Source: Candidatus Forterrea multitransposorum CG_2015-17_Forterrea_25_41 (GTDB taxonomy: Archaea; Iainarchaeota; Iainarchaeia; Iainarchaeales; CSSED10-239). From it: a DNA stretch of 64,000 bases. The position numbers and the translations under genes were made by a program. The number at the start of each line of letters is the position of its first letter. Position 1 is the first letter of the stretch. Shown piece by piece: positions 62,611 to 64,000 of this stretch. Where the stretch lies: assembly GCA_009392915.1 (NCBI GenBank), contig CP045477.1, forward strand, positions 96,001 through 160,000, written 5' to 3'. Below the pieces are notes generated by a model. It saw only the letters and a program-made list of their open reading frames with translations. It did no database searches and was not told where the DNA came from.

Positions 62611-64000
62611 ATGAGTAAAAGATATTTTACAATAATTTTCTTTATATTTCTAATAATAGGTTTATCTGTTCCTATTTTTTCTGCAGAAATAAACCTAAAT
62701 CCTTCTAAAACTTATTACTACAACCAAGAAATTAATCTAGGAACAACTTCTCTTCCAGAAGAAACTTTCTATGTAAACCTAAAAATAACTTCTGAAAACA
62801 GAACTTTATTTGAAAGAGATTTTTTAAAAGAAGAAGCTTTTAACATCCCTTTTATCTTTCAAGACTTCTACCCTTCTTCTTTAACTTTAACTTATAATTA
62901 TTTTTCAGTTTCTAAAGATTTACTTGAAACAAAAGAAGCTAATTTACTTTTAACAAAACTAAACCAAGAGATTGAATATTTTTTCTGTAATGAAATTGAA
63001 TGTGAAAAAGAACTTTTTGATGTTATTGAAGAAAATAAAGATTTCTATCTTTCCTCTTCTCTAAAAAACATGTCTTTTACAGTAAAGATAACTTCACAAG
63101 ATTATTTAAAAGACTACAAAGAAGTATCTTTACCTTTAAAACTTAATTTAAAAGAAGGAGTTTATTCTTTAGAGATTTCAACACTTCTTGATGATTCAAT
63201 ATTTTCAAAGACTTTAGATATTATTGTAGTCTCACAAGATCAGATTTCTTCTCCTGAAAACAATCCTTCAGGTCTTGAAGGTTTAGGTTCTGGTGTTCAA
63301 GGTGTTCCTTCTCAAAATATTTTTCAAAAAATAAAAAGTAACAGCTTACAAGATAATTTAAGAAGCTATTGGTATATTCTTTTAATAATTATTATTTTAT
63401 TATTTTTAATATTTAAAAAAAGAAAAAAAGAACCTATGCAAGAAAATATTAAAAAAGAAAGTTCTCTTTCAAGAAGAGAAGCAAGAAAAATACATTTATT
63501 TATATTATTAATAATTATTTCTTTATTTTCACAAATTACTTTTGCAAACTTTGTTGATAAAGAATACGAGTTTAGTTACTTTACAGATGATTATAAACTT
63601 TTAGAAAAAAACTTTCCTCAAGAAAACGAAATTTCTTTATATCTTACAAATTTAAAGCAAACTAATTCTTATTTTTTACCTTTAATAAACCATACAAACC
63701 AATCTTTAGTTTATTCTCAGAAAAAAGAACTTTATCAAGGAACACTAGAATACATTCCAATATATTCTTTATTTGCAATTGATATAAATAAATCACAAGG
63801 AAATTATGCTCCTTTCTTGCCAAATGAACAATATTCTCAATATTGTAAACCAGTTTTAGATTATTTTAAAAATCATCCTGTTAGTACAAAAGTAGATTTA
63901 ATAAACAGAAATAAATTTTATTTAACAAATTATATTGGTTTTTCAAAAGAATGTATAGATGAGCTTATCTCTAAAAGATGGCTTCAAGAAAAATATGTTT
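62611..64000 (+). CDS. secreted/membrane protein, partial (open to window end), two signal-peptide-bearing modules in one frame
   Basis: Hand translation from ATG 62611 shows no stop to 64000, so it is absent from the ORF track. MSKRYFTIIFFIFLIIGLSVPIFSA signal, TM YWYILLIIIILLFLIF plus KKRKKE at about 63370-63432. Then Met (63436) QENIKKESSLSRREARKIHLFILLIIISLFSQITFA|N looks like a second signal peptide. Confidence 0.6.
   Translation, partial: MSKRYFTIIFFIFLIIGLSVPIFSAEINLNPSKTYYYNQEINLGTTSLPEETFYVNLKITSENRTLFERDFLKEEAFNIPFIFQDFYPSSLTLTYNYFSVSKDLLETKEANLLLTKLNQEIEYFFCNEIECEKELFDVIEENKDFYLSSSLKNMSFTVKITSQDYLKDYKEVSLPLKLNLKEGVYSLEISTLLDDSIFSKTLDIIVVSQDQISSPENNPSGLEGLGSGVQGVPSQNIFQKIKSNSLQDNLRSYWYILLIIIILLFLIFKKRKKEPMQENIKKESSLSRREARKIHLFILLIIISLFSQITFANFVDKEYEFSYFTDDYKLLEKNFPQENEISLYLTNLKQTNSYFLPLINHTNQSLVYSQKKELYQGTLEYIPIYSLFAIDINKSQGNYAPFLPNEQYSQYCKPVLDYFKNHPVSTKVDLINRNKFYLTNYIGFSKECIDELISKRWLQEKYV

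Overview
This is an AT-rich (about 25-30% GC by eye), very gene-dense archaeal chromosome segment. It most likely comes from a small-genome DPANN-type archaeon (Woese-/Pace-/Nanoarchaeota-like). All calls rest on reading the ORF translations and the DNA by eye and on remembered family motifs. No BLAST, HMM or RNA-folding run was possible.

Backbone: archaeal information-processing genes, almost all on the + strand.
- uL13 (3' end), uS9, Rpo10/RpoN and uS2
- L7Ae, S28e and L24e
- aIF5B and S6e
- aIF2gamma, PIN, Rpo7, Spt4, S24e and S27ae
- thermosome, GatD/GatE, IleRS, an AsnRS-like enzyme and CysRS
- Alba, a histone-fold protein and an OB-fold SSB
- four tRNAs: Gln-CUG, Gln-UUG, Ile-GAU and Ile-UAU

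Genes use strong AGGTGA-type Shine-Dalgarno sites and TTTATAAATA-type TATA boxes.

Accessory blocks interspersed with the backbone:
1. A secreted M6-like metalloprotease plus a ~990-aa adhesin-like protein with an archaeal pilin (class III) signal peptide (2.4-7.5 kb).
2. A PadR / CARDB surface protein / FtsX-ABC module with a palindromic operator (15.2-19.0 kb).
3. A minimal Rnl2-like ligase, a Fic protein and a TraB protein (19.8-22.3 kb).
4. A 1192-aa surface protein.
5. A truncated, probably inactivated PolB-like protein (29.6-31.0 kb).
6. An envelope cluster with an LtaS-like sulfatase-family protein, a processive QxxRW GT2, a PLC-like protein and an LMW-PTP (31.2-36.1 kb).
7. Two paralogous membrane/coiled-coil proteins of unknown function (36.8 and 49.6 kb).
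8. A TldD/PmbA pair.
9. A DUF3368-PIN/UPF0175 toxin-antitoxin pair plus an orphan UPF0175-like gene.
10. An 800-aa secreted protein with a C-terminal lytic-transglycosylase-like (SLT) domain, followed by further secreted modules (60.1-64.0 kb).

No rRNA, CRISPR array, transposase or integrase was seen.

Signals most worth follow-up:
- the SLT-like protein in an archaeon
- the LtaS-like/GT2 cluster
- the PolB relic
- the paralogous membrane protein family
- the ~58-nt element shared upstream of two aaRS genes, with switch-like leaders
- the giant pilin-signal adhesin
- the tRNA-Ile(UAU) and the C33 tRNA-Gln
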